This document shows positions 45,518 through 54,294 of a DNA stretch of 64,000 nucleotides, piece after piece. The notes beneath the pieces are model-generated. The model was not told the DNA's origin, made no database searches, and saw only the letters and a program-made list of their open reading frames with translations. Every line of letters begins with the position of its first letter. Positions within the stretch are counted from its first letter, which is position 1. This DNA is from Sedimentisphaeraceae bacterium JB056 (GTDB taxonomy: Bacteria; Planctomycetota; Phycisphaerae; Sedimentisphaerales; Sedimentisphaeraceae): positions 117,233-181,232 of the forward strand of contig JBITAJ010000018.1 of the NCBI GenBank assembly GCA_044440125.1, in the 5' to 3' direction. The position numbers and the translations under genes were made by a program.

Positions 45518-47170
45518 ATGAGTATGGCAGACCAGAAAAAGACCGATCTTCTGATTGTCGGGGCAGGCCCTGCGGGCCTTTCGTGTGCTATTACGGCTAA
45601 AAAAGAGTATCCTAAGCTGAAAGTTTGTGTTGTTGATAAATCTCCATTTGCCGGAGGGCATAACCTTTCAGGCGCATCTCTTGCATGTAAACCGATAGAG
45701 AATTTGCTCAACATGACTGTCAAGGACTGGCAAAAAACGCCTATTGTCAAGGATGCTTTGGGTGATAAATTTACTGCCGACCATATCTATATGATTTCGG
45801 ATAAAAGCGGAATTAATCTTACCAGCACGCTTCGAGTGGCTAAAAAAACGCACTTTCTATCTGCGGATCCGTTTTCTTCAGGTAATTATGCGGTTTCCAT
45901 TACCAAGCTGACACGTCTTCTTGCCTGCATAGCAAAGAATCTGGGTGTCGAATTGCTGTGGAATCTTGCCGTAGAGGACATGGAATACAATGGATGTGGT
46001 GTTGTTGGGATCAGGGCTGTAGATCATTCTGATAAGAATAAGAAGGATTCTCTTGAAAGGCCTGATTGTGGAATGATTATTAATGCTGACTTTATAGTTC
46101 TTTCAGAGGGGTGTGACGGCTTTGTTACTGAAAAGTTTATAAGCAGAAACGGTTTGGTTCGGAAACAAGAGCCGATTTTTTCGATAGGTGTCAAGCAGGT
46201 TGTTAATGTGTCATCCAATCAATATAAAGCCTTCGGGGTGAGTAGCTTTATGAAACTTATGGGGTATCCTTTTTGGAGACCGTTGCGAGGTCCCTCAATC
46301 CTTGGCTATAGTGCTATATATCCAGCTGGAACAAATCGTCTGGCAGTTGTCGCCGTCACCTCGCTTGATTGGAAATATGCTGACCTTTCGCCGAGAAATA
46401 TCCTTGAACTGATCAAAGAGCATCCAATTGTATCAAAATTCACTGTTGGAGGTGAAGTTGTTGAGAACGGTTTGAAAATGATGCCGCAGGGAGGCTATAA
46501 TTCAATACCGTTTGAGCCTGATAAATTATCTATCGGCAAAGAAAATGTTGTAATTATTGGTGACAGTGCATCTCTGTTCAGTGTCAGGCGACAAAAAGGG
46601 ATCGGTAATGCCATTATTTCAGGTATGAGTGCGGGTGTGGCTATTGGTAATATTAACAATAAGCACCAGTTTGCTGATCAGTATACGAAAATCCTGCAAA
46701 GTAATGGATTGCTTAGTGATATCCGTAAAACATCACATTATAGGCAGTTAGCTTCAAGAGCCGGCGTTGGTGCTGGTGTTGTAATGGGGTCGTTGGTCTC
46801 TGTTTTGCCATTTAAGCCTGCACGGAGTGATAGAAAAGCGATGACAGGTCTTAAGTATAACTACGAACCTTCATCTGTGATGCCTGATGAACTTTTTATC
46901 AAAAAGGCCGGTATTGTCAAAAATGATTCAGAAGGACATGTCTTTATCAAGGATTTGGATATTTGTAAGTGGGATTGCATGCGGACTTATGACTGTCCTT
47001 GCCTTAAATTCTGTCCAAGCGGAGCATTCGAGAAGGTTCTTGAGCATATCCAGCCCAAAAGTTCGCCGGATTGTTTTCACTGCAAAACATGTTATCGAAA
47101 ATGCCCTTATGAGAATATCGGCTGGACTATGCCGCCGGCTGGAACTGGCCCCAGATATCATTTCTTGTGA
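45518..47170 (+). CDS. ETF:quinone oxidoreductase-like (FixC + FixX) flavoprotein
   Basis: IVGAGPAGL, GGHNLSGA, EG..G, GG..S.P, IGDSA; C-terminal ferredoxin (FCP...CFHCKTC...CP...W..P..GTGP.Y). Confidence 0.8.
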   Translation: MSMADQKKTDLLIVGAGPAGLSCAITAKKEYPKLKVCVVDKSPFAGGHNLSGASLACKPIENLLNMTVKDWQKTPIVKDALGDKFTADHIYMISDKSGINLTSTLRVAKKTHFLSADPFSSGNYAVSITKLTRLLACIAKNLGVELLWNLAVEDMEYNGCGVVGIRAVDHSDKNKKDSLERPDCGMIINADFIVLSEGCDGFVTEKFISRNGLVRKQEPIFSIGVKQVVNVSSNQYKAFGVSSFMKLMGYPFWRPLRGPSILGYSAIYPAGTNRLAVVAVTSLDWKYADLSPRNILELIKEHPIVSKFTVGGEVVENGLKMMPQGGYNSIPFEPDKLSIGKENVVIIGDSASLFSVRRQKGIGNAIISGMSAGVAIGNINNKHQFADQYTKILQSNGLLSDIRKTSHYRQLASRAGVGAGVVMGSLVSVLPFKPARSDRKAMTGLKYNYEPSSVMPDELFIKKAGIVKNDSEGHVFIKDLDICKWDCMRTYDCPCLKFCPSGAFEKVLEHIQPKSSPDCFHCKTCYRKCPYENIGWTMPPAGTGPRYHFL

Positions 47171-47373
47171 CATACTGCTGTCTCACAGGTTTTACCGCAA
47201 TTGATTGGTAAAATTTTCTTTCAACTTTCCTCAAAAACTATATACTTTTAGTGTAGCGTATGGATTATCCTTTTGTAGACTCACAGCCAGTCATTAATGT
47301 TGATTTGCGTGGGCTTACAGGTTGATTACTTAGAAGATATGTTCGTTAGATTTGATATAAACAGAGGAATTGT

Positions 47374-48798
47374 ATGACTTTACAGGAACGTTTCGAAAAG
47401 ATGCAGTTGTTGCTTGAAAATGCCGGTCAGGAACATTTGCTGAGGTTCTGGGCTGAACTTGATGAAAACAAAAAAGAAAATCTTTTGTCTCAGCTTGAAA
47501 AAATAGATTTTGCCCGAGTGCCTAAGTGGGTTGATGATTATGTAAAAAAAGAAAATCCGCTTGAAATACCGACTGAATTTGCACCTGCCCCATATTTTAA
47601 GGCAGAGGCCACTGATGAGACATCAGAGCTTTACGCAAAAGCCTATTCGCTGGGTGAGAAGCTTATAAAAGATGGTAAGGTCGGTGCTTTTGTTGTTGCA
47701 GGCGGTCAGGGCACACGTCTTGGTTTCGGCGGCCCTAAAGGCAATTTTCCCACAAGTCCTATAAAGAATAAGACTCTTTTCCAGATATTTGCAGAAACAA
47801 TACTGGCTTCTTCTCACAAATATAACACCACTATACCGTGGTATATTATGACAAGCCCACTGAACTATCAGGAAACAGCCGATACTCTAAAGGCTAACAA
47901 TTATTTCGGGCTTAAAGAAGAAGATGTATTTATTTTTATTCAAGGTACAATGCCGAATTTTGATTTTGACGGCAAGATATTCCTTTCAGCTAAGGATGAA
48001 GTTGCTAAATCTCCAGATGGCCACGGCGGCAGCCTAAAGGCTCTTTACGACAGCGGAGCTGTTGCGGATATGCAGAAACGCGGCGTAGAACACCTTAGCT
48101 ATTTCCAGGTTGATAATCCGCTGATAAAGATAGTCGACCCGTTATTTATAGGGCTTCATGCGATGGATGAGGCGGGGATGTCTTCAAAAACTCTTATCAA
48201 AGCCTATCCGAAAGAAAAAGTTGGTAATTTCTGCCTGGTTGATGACAGAGTTACTGTTATTGAGTATAGCGATCTGCCGGATGAGCAGGCTGAAAAAACT
48301 AATGCCGATGGCTCGCTTGTTTTCCAGCTTGGTTCTATCGCCATTCATATTATCAGCCGCAAGTTCATTGAAGACTTGAATGCAGAGGGCTTTGCTCTTC
48401 CATTCCACAAGGCGATCAAGAAGATTCCTTATATTGACGGCAATGGCAATGATGTTCAGCCGGAAAATACCAATGGTGTCAAGCTCGAGACATTTGTTTT
48501 CGATGCCTTGCCGCTCAGCGAAAAATCTGTTATTCTCGAAACACTCAGGGAAGAAGAGTTTGCGCCCGTAAAGAATGCTGAGGGGCTTGACAGTCCTGCC
48601 GTGACAAAGCAGATGATGACCGACAGGGCAGCTAAGTGGATAGAGGTGGCCGGTGTGAGCGTGCCGCGTAAGGCTGACGGCAGCGTTGACTGTGTTATCG
48701 AAATGAGCCCTCTTTTTGCGGTTGAAGCCGCAGATGTTGCAGATAAGAAAGATCAGTTGCCGCAGATTAATGCCGGCGATTGTGTTTATATTGGATAA
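47374..48798 (+). CDS. UDPGP-family nucleotidyltransferase (UAP1-like UDP-N-acetylhexosamine pyrophosphorylase)
   Basis: AGGQGTRLG..GPKG, SPDGHGG, VDNPL, EKVG, EYS, KLE.F.FD, FAPVKN. Confidence 0.9.
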   Translation: MTLQERFEKMQLLLENAGQEHLLRFWAELDENKKENLLSQLEKIDFARVPKWVDDYVKKENPLEIPTEFAPAPYFKAEATDETSELYAKAYSLGEKLIKDGKVGAFVVAGGQGTRLGFGGPKGNFPTSPIKNKTLFQIFAETILASSHKYNTTIPWYIMTSPLNYQETADTLKANNYFGLKEEDVFIFIQGTMPNFDFDGKIFLSAKDEVAKSPDGHGGSLKALYDSGAVADMQKRGVEHLSYFQVDNPLIKIVDPLFIGLHAMDEAGMSSKTLIKAYPKEKVGNFCLVDDRVTVIEYSDLPDEQAEKTNADGSLVFQLGSIAIHIISRKFIEDLNAEGFALPFHKAIKKIPYIDGNGNDVQPENTNGVKLETFVFDALPLSEKSVILETLREEEFAPVKNAEGLDSPAVTKQMMTDRAAKWIEVAGVSVPRKADGSVDCVIEMSPLFAVEAADVADKKDQLPQINAGDCVYIG

Positions 48799-48817
48799 TG
48801 ACCATAAGGTGAATAAT

Positions 48818-49387
48818 ATGCGGACAATACTGAAAGTATTAATCATTTCTGCTGTTTTGACAGTTGCAGGCTGCACATCTTCTGTTGAACAGAGTTATGT
48901 GTACGACAACGAAACTAAAGAACCGACATCCGGAATGATTGCTCAGAAAGATATTGAGCAGGTCATGAATACTGCCCGTAAACAACTTTCCGCGATGGGC
49001 TTCAAGCTTGATAAATATGATACGGAGCTTGGCATTTTGCGGACAAAGCCGCTTAGTGGAGCCCAATACTGGCAGTTCTGGCGTGATGACAATGTCGGGG
49101 CATCTAATGCCGCGATGTCGAATATAAACAGTATTGTCCGTATTGTAGAAATGGATTTCAATGCGTCTGATGGTGGCATCAAAGTCGGATGTGTTGCTGA
49201 TGTGAAAAAGCTTTCATACATCGGCAAAGAAATCACGGGAGTTTCTGATATGAATGAAGCTTTTACCGATGTTTCCGGTGGATTTCAGGAGCTCGCTCTT
49301 GAAGAAGGCCAGGCTAAATGGCTTGATCTTGGGCGTGATGTGAGGCTTGAGAAAAAAGTGTTGCGATTGATAACTGATAACCGATAA
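48818..49387 (+). CDS. Hypothetical lipoprotein
   Basis: ATG 48818 after AAGGTG; lipobox LTVAGC; the last codons and stop come from a GATAACT heptamer run. Confidence 0.7.
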   Translation: MRTILKVLIISAVLTVAGCTSSVEQSYVYDNETKEPTSGMIAQKDIEQVMNTARKQLSAMGFKLDKYDTELGILRTKPLSGAQYWQFWRDDNVGASNAAMSNINSIVRIVEMDFNASDGGIKVGCVADVKKLSYIGKEITGVSDMNEAFTDVSGGFQELALEEGQAKWLDLGRDVRLEKKVLRLITDNR

Positions 49388-49392
49388 CTGAA
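49366..49392. repeat. Short heptamer tandem run (GATAACT/C x3)
   Basis: ATTGATAACTGATAACCGATAACTGAA; 16 bp are the exact reverse complement of 63453-63468. Confidence 0.6.
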
Positions 49393-49405
49393 AATTGGAT
49401 TTGAT

Positions 49406-50005
49406 ATGGAAATTAAACTGCTTGCAATAACCCCTGAGGCCGACAAAGTAATCGAACAGGCCGGACGTACATGCTATATGAGCTTTGAAAAAATGAATGC
49501 CTCTTCGGCTGAGGATTTCATAAGGCGTATAGTTAGAGCCGGTCATGAGAGTGTGCTTGAACATGCTTATGCTACTTTTAGGATACGAGGCTGTTCACGT
49601 GCTATGACGCATCAATTGGTACGTCACAGGCTTATGGGTATTTCGCAGCAGTCGCAGCGTTATGTGAATGAGGACGCGTTTGATTACGTCGTCCCTGAAG
49701 CGATGCCTGCTGAACACCTTGATGATTATAAGAATGATATGCAGATAATCCAGAAGATGTATGAGAAGTGGAAAGATCGCGGCCTTAAGCGTGAGGATGC
49801 TCGTTTCGTTCTTCCGAATGCATGCTGTTCTGAGATTGTAGTATCTGCCAACTTCCGTGAATGGCGTCATGTGATAAGAATGCGTACTTCGCATAAAGCG
49901 CAGTGGGAGATTCGTGCTGCGGCAAAAGAGATACTTCGTGTCCTAAGTGAGAATTCACGTGCCGTATTCGGCGATCTTGCTGATGAGATACTTGTAGATG
50001 ATTAA
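49406..50005 (+). CDS. thyX: Flavin-dependent thymidylate synthase
   Basis: GHESVLEH, SRA..HQLVRHR....SQQSQRY, EDARFVLP, AQWEIR. Confidence 0.96.
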   Translation: MEIKLLAITPEADKVIEQAGRTCYMSFEKMNASSAEDFIRRIVRAGHESVLEHAYATFRIRGCSRAMTHQLVRHRLMGISQQSQRYVNEDAFDYVVPEAMPAEHLDDYKNDMQIIQKMYEKWKDRGLKREDARFVLPNACCSEIVVSANFREWRHVIRMRTSHKAQWEIRAAAKEILRVLSENSRAVFGDLADEILVDD

Positions 50006-50029
50006 AAACAATAATTGAAACAAGAATAT

Positions 50030-50117
50030 AGAAGTTAGTAGATAGTAGCAAGTAGAAAATATGGCGTAAGCCAATTCAATATTACTTCCAACTACTATCT
50101 ACTCACTACTAACTTCT
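50030..50117. repeat. Intergenic inverted repeat built from NNAGTAG heptamers, no ORF in loop
   Basis: Left arm AGAAGTTAGTAG-ATAGTAG-CAAGTAG; right arm reverse complement AGAAGTTAGTAG-TGAGTAG-ATAGTAG; loop about 35 bp. Confidence 0.8.
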
Positions 50118-50155
50118 TGATTGTGGGTGACGCCCACACTGAATGGAGGGCTTTT

Positions 50156-50821
50156 ATGGCGTTTGCCGGAGATAAGAAAAAGGGGCATTCTCTTTTACAC
50201 CGCCCCGAAGAAAAACTTAAGGCTTTTCTTGTACCGAAGGTGCCGCAAGGCATCGAGACATACCACCTTACACTTACCACGATTCTGTGGAGCGTTTTAA
50301 TACTGCTTTTCGGTTTCCTTGCCCGTTACAATATGATTTGGCTTTGCGGCTCGTCACTAATGATTTTCATGCAGTACATCACAGACTTACTTGATGGTGC
50401 AATAGGCCGCAAACGTGATACCGGTCTGATAAAATGGGGCTTTTACATGGACCATTTTCTCGATTATATTTTCCTTTGCAGTATTCTGATAAGCTATTCG
50501 TTTCTATTGCCAGATCACTATAATTTCATGCTGTTTTTCCTGCTCGCTCTCTTTGGTTCGTTTATGGTCAATTCTTTTCTGGATTTTGCCGCAACGAATG
50601 AATTTCGCATTAGCTACCTCGGAATAGGCCCGACAGAAATACGCCTGGTTTTCATAATCGTAAATACGCTGCTCGTATTTTGCGATAAAACATACATAGC
50701 ACCATGCCTGCCTTACATAATGGCGGCATCAGCTTTCGGGCTATTCGTTACTGTCTATTCAACAGCAAGGAAACTCTGGAGAATAGATATGAAGATGAAA
50801 GAAGAGCAGGAGAAGGGATGA
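50156..50821 (+). CDS. CDP-alcohol phosphatidyltransferase family protein
   Basis: D..DG..(G)R.......WG...DH..D motif; GPTE.R; GGAGG RBS before ATG 50156. Confidence 0.88.
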   Translation: MAFAGDKKKGHSLLHRPEEKLKAFLVPKVPQGIETYHLTLTTILWSVLILLFGFLARYNMIWLCGSSLMIFMQYITDLLDGAIGRKRDTGLIKWGFYMDHFLDYIFLCSILISYSFLLPDHYNFMLFFLLALFGSFMVNSFLDFAATNEFRISYLGIGPTEIRLVFIIVNTLLVFCDKTYIAPCLPYIMAASAFGLFVTVYSTARKLWRIDMKMKEEQEKG

Positions 50822-51501
50822 AATTGGTATGGACATATATGGACTAAATGGACTTGTATGGACAGGAGATAGGCTTTGGGAGATTTGATATCTAAGCACG
50901 GTGGATACCGCAAACTTAAAACTTTTCAGATAGCTCAACTTGTATACGATATTACTGTTCGTTTTTCAGAGCGTTACATTGATAAATTCAGCCGTACTCG
51001 AGATCAAATGGTACAGGCGGCAAGAAGTGGCGTCCAGAATATAGCTGAAGGTTCTCAGGCTTCAGGAACATCAAAGAAAACAGAGTTGTTTTTGACTAAT
51101 GTTGCAAGGGCAAGTCTTGAAGAATTAAGATTAGATTATGAGGATTATTTAAGACAGCGAAAATTGAAACTTTGGGAAATTGATGACCCAAGAAGAAAAG
51201 AACTCGTTTTAATGAAGCCGAAAACTGCTGATGAAGTAGCTGTTTGGGTTAGAGATGTTTATGAGCGACAATCGTGTAAAGAAACTTATGCTGAGATTAC
51301 CTGTAATACTGTTCTTCTTCTAATTGGAGTAACTTGCAGTCTTTTGAACCGACAAATTTCGGCCCAGGCAAATGATCTTGAAAAAGAAGGTGGGTTTTCA
51401 GAGCGTTTGCGTGAATTTAGGAAAAGAAAAAAGAATCGATAATGAACTGATGATGCAAGTTTATCCATAAAGTCCATTTAGTCCATACTGTCCATGAAAT
51501 T
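50818..51501. mobile_element. Candidate transposase-less insertion: ATGGAC-repeat inverted arms around a four-helix-bundle gene, bounded by ATGAAATT direct repeats
   Basis: Left arm has ATGGAC at 50829, 50839, 50848, 50858; right arm has ATCCAT/GTCCAT at 51463, 51472, 51481, 51490; 18-bp perfect inverted core; ATGAAATT at 50818-50825 and 51494-51501. Confidence 0.6.
50876..51442 (+). CDS. Four helix bundle protein (23S rRNA IVP family) with four-helix-bundle suffix domain
   Basis: GGYRKL..FQ, RT.DQMVQAARSG.QNIAEGS, L.NVARASLEEL.LDYEDYLRQR, LL.RQ....F..GGF.ERL; AGGAG RBS then TTG. Confidence 0.9.
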   Translation: MGDLISKHGGYRKLKTFQIAQLVYDITVRFSERYIDKFSRTRDQMVQAARSGVQNIAEGSQASGTSKKTELFLTNVARASLEELRLDYEDYLRQRKLKLWEIDDPRRKELVLMKPKTADEVAVWVRDVYERQSCKETYAEITCNTVLLLIGVTCSLLNRQISAQANDLEKEGGFSERLREFRKRKKNR

Positions 51502-51512
51502 AAGAGTTAACA

Positions 51513-53201
51513 ATGAAGATATTTAAGAATGTAATACTCCCGAATTTGTTTTTGATACTTGCTTTTTTTGTGCTTGTCTTGAAGATTGGCAGTCCGTTTC
51601 ATCGGTATATTGCCGCGGCACTGTTTATTGCAAGTATTATTCGTGTTGCCCTTACAGTAAAACGGCACAGGGTCTACAGTGAGTACAAGCCAAAGCTTAA
51701 GGATAAGCTAAGGCCATACAGGTATCATATTCTTGCGTTTATTGTAATTCTCATTGTAATGTATGTATGCAACGTACTCATTCCCGTGCAGGACAGCTTT
51801 TTGACGGAGATGACTCCTGAGCAGCTTTCCGAAGAATATGCTGCCGATTATAATACTCTTGTAACCCTGCAAGGCCAGTGTGATGATTTCTTTGACAATT
51901 TGCAGACGGGCAACTGGGCGGCAATAAACAGAGCCTTGCGTCCTGATGAGGTCACTGACATCCGAGACCAGCGAAGAGTATTCGGCGATATGTTTCTCGA
52001 ATACAGCTTTTTTAAGGAAAAATACAAGGGCTACTATCTCATTGACTATCTCTCAAAACCGGCTCTGCACAGCGATGCCTTCTTTCTCGTATTCTGGGCG
52101 TATGCAGGTCAATATGAGGCTTCGCTCAAAGTTGTGCGGATGGTTGGCGGCAATGAGGTTGTTGCAGCAGTACTAAACGAAGGCGATGAAGCTGCAGGAT
52201 TCCCCAAAGACGGCTATTTCTATATAAAACAGCGTTTGACTAATCCCGATGTGCTGCTTAGGCTCAATGCTGGTAAGGCGTATCTGAAACTTGTCAAAAA
52301 GAACATAAGCTTTCCCGCCGCGGCAGTGGCAGAGCTTGAGCAGAGACTTGCAAGGATAAGCGATCTTCTTGGCCGTGATATGGATATTTTCATCAAGAAT
52401 CCGATAGATATGCTTGAAAAGAAGACGTTTGAAAACTGGCTGCCGGCTCAGAAGAATATCGCAATAATGATGGGACGGGTTCATCCTTCGAGCAGACCAT
52501 ACTATATAACTGGTGATATTATCAAGAACTATGCCGACAGGTTTGAACCGGGCGATGTGATAATAACCCGCCGTAAATGGCATCTGAGCAATGTAGGCAT
52601 TCCGGGATTCTGGACGCACTCGGTAATATATGCCGGTACCCGGCAGCAGATAAACGAATTCTTCGCGACTGAAACGGATGAATTGCCGCCATTTGAACAA
52701 ATAAAACAGCTCAATCCCGATATAGCAATCAAAAGCGTTGACGATCACGGCAGTCAATTGTGTTGTATTGAGGCGATAGAGCAGGGTGTTCTCCAGCATT
52801 CGCTTGAAGATGCCTGCCATGCCGATTATATTGCGGTTTTGAGGCCAAAGACGACACCCGAAAAGAAATTTATGGCAGTAAAAAGGGCGTTTTCGTTTCT
52901 TGGAAGGCCGTACGATTACAACTTTGATTTCGCTACTGAAAGCTCGCTTGTATGCTCAGAGGTTGTATATAAGGCGTACAATTTCCTTGAATTTCCTATT
53001 GAACCGCAAAAGCAAAACGGCCGTTTTCTTCTTTCACCCAATGAAATCGCAAGAAAATACGACTTACTCGCAGATGATGAGGATTTTCCCGTAGAGTTTG
53101 TGCTTTTCCTTGATATAAAGGATGGGCAGGTTATAGAAGCAGATGTTCAGGCCTTCAGGGATTCTTACAAACGCCCCAAATGGGATATTATGCTTGAATA
53201 G
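51513..53201 (+). CDS. Membrane-anchored protein with C-terminal permuted papain-like (YiiX/YaeF, NlpC/P60) amidase/acyltransferase domain
   Basis: 3 N-terminal TMs; PGDVII.R, GFWTH..IY, IEA...GV, G.PYDY.F, L.CSE.V. Confidence 0.8.
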   Translation: MKIFKNVILPNLFLILAFFVLVLKIGSPFHRYIAAALFIASIIRVALTVKRHRVYSEYKPKLKDKLRPYRYHILAFIVILIVMYVCNVLIPVQDSFLTEMTPEQLSEEYAADYNTLVTLQGQCDDFFDNLQTGNWAAINRALRPDEVTDIRDQRRVFGDMFLEYSFFKEKYKGYYLIDYLSKPALHSDAFFLVFWAYAGQYEASLKVVRMVGGNEVVAAVLNEGDEAAGFPKDGYFYIKQRLTNPDVLLRLNAGKAYLKLVKKNISFPAAAVAELEQRLARISDLLGRDMDIFIKNPIDMLEKKTFENWLPAQKNIAIMMGRVHPSSRPYYITGDIIKNYADRFEPGDVIITRRKWHLSNVGIPGFWTHSVIYAGTRQQINEFFATETDELPPFEQIKQLNPDIAIKSVDDHGSQLCCIEAIEQGVLQHSLEDACHADYIAVLRPKTTPEKKFMAVKRAFSFLGRPYDYNFDFATESSLVCSEVVYKAYNFLEFPIEPQKQNGRFLLSPNEIARKYDLLADDEDFPVEFVLFLDIKDGQVIEADVQAFRDSYKRPKWDIMLE

Positions 53202-53254
53202 TAAATAGAATCTTGATTAATTTTCACAAATTTTAAAATGTATCAGAACACCAC

Positions 53255-53271
53255 ATACCCCTATGGGGTAT
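53255..53271 (+). promoter_or_regulatory. CsoR operator
   Basis: Perfect palindrome ATACCCC-TAT-GGGGTAT with C/G tracts directly upstream of csoR. Confidence 0.85.
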
Positions 53272-53308
53272 ATGTTAATGAGAGTGATACAGCTTGAAAG
53301 GTAAGAAA

Positions 53309-53581
53309 ATGAATCCTGATCACACAGAAAATATAGTTGCACTAAAACGGATTGAAGGGCAAATACGTGGCCTGCAGCGTATGATTGAAGAATCCAAATA
53401 TTGTATAGACATTCTTACCCAGATACAGGCCGTCAAAGGTGCACTTGGGAGTATCGAGAAGAAGATACTTGCGAAGCATTTCCATCATTGTGTTTCAGAT
53501 GCGATGAATGGAACCTCTGAAGAGGAGAAAGAAACGAAGATTCAGGAAATTCTCAAGCTTATCGATAAAACGAGAAGATAA
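53309..53581 (+). CDS. csoR: CsoR/RcnR family metal-sensing repressor
   Basis: LKRIEGQIRG..RMIE...YC.DIL.QI.A...AL, H..HC metal-ligand pattern. Confidence 0.92.
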   Translation: MNPDHTENIVALKRIEGQIRGLQRMIEESKYCIDILTQIQAVKGALGSIEKKILAKHFHHCVSDAMNGTSEEEKETKIQEILKLIDKTRR

Positions 53582-53603
53582 TATTTTATATGGGAGAACT
53601 AAA

Positions 53604-54071
53604 ATGAAGAACGTAAAACTATTCACAGTTTTGGGCTTGTTGGCAGTATTGTTAGCAGCTATCACCATTCCGGCGGCCTGCGCTGCTTCCAAAGCTTCGG
53701 ATAAGGCAGAAAAGACTCTAACTCTTGAGGATATCAACGCAAAAGAACTGCCGGCACTTTCCGCAGCTATTGATAAGGCGATGAAGGCTGTTGAATCCGG
53801 CGACAAGGAAACTGCACTTGAGCAACTTCAGAAGGCTAGCAAACTTACCACCGTCATAACTGAAGTTGTAAAGAAAGAGGCTACTCCTCAATTTGCTAAT
53901 GTACGGTGTCCGATAATGGGCTCACCTATAAATCCTGAGCATGTTGCCGATAATCTTGTGCGCGAGTTTAAAGGTGAAAAGGTTGCATTCTGTTGTGGTG
54001 GATGTCCGGCAAGATGGGACAAAATGACTGATGCAGAGAAACAGGAAGCTCTCGATAAAGTACGTGAGTAA
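53604..54071 (+). CDS. Exported YHS/TRASH-type metal-binding protein
   Basis: Signal peptide; CPIMG...FCCGGC; GGGAG RBS before ATG 53604. Confidence 0.75.
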   Translation: MKNVKLFTVLGLLAVLLAAITIPAACAASKASDKAEKTLTLEDINAKELPALSAAIDKAMKAVESGDKETALEQLQKASKLTTVITEVVKKEATPQFANVRCPIMGSPINPEHVADNLVREFKGEKVAFCCGGCPARWDKMTDAEKQEALDKVRE

Positions 54072-54294
54072 GGTTCTTTGCTATAGTTTCAAATAATGTT
54101 TTAGACAGGCAGTGTTAACAGAGCGTGTGAGTATTGACTCTCTCCTTAATTCTGCTTGTCTGAATCCTTTTGTCCTAATTATTCTACATTGGAGATGTTG
54201 AATAATTAATCTTTGTATATTCCTATCTTTTTGTTAGAATGAATATGTTGCGTTGTGAATATTGAGAAGAGGTTTTATACGAGGGAATACGAGA

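Noticed and set aside
50876..51442. Diversity-generating retroelement, given the Avd-like fold
   Set aside because: No reverse transcriptase and no template/variable repeat pair differing at adenines is visible in the window.
50829..51495. ATGGAC and other short repeats as a CRISPR array
   Set aside because: Units are 6-10 bp with no unique spacers of about 30-40 bp, and there are no cas genes.
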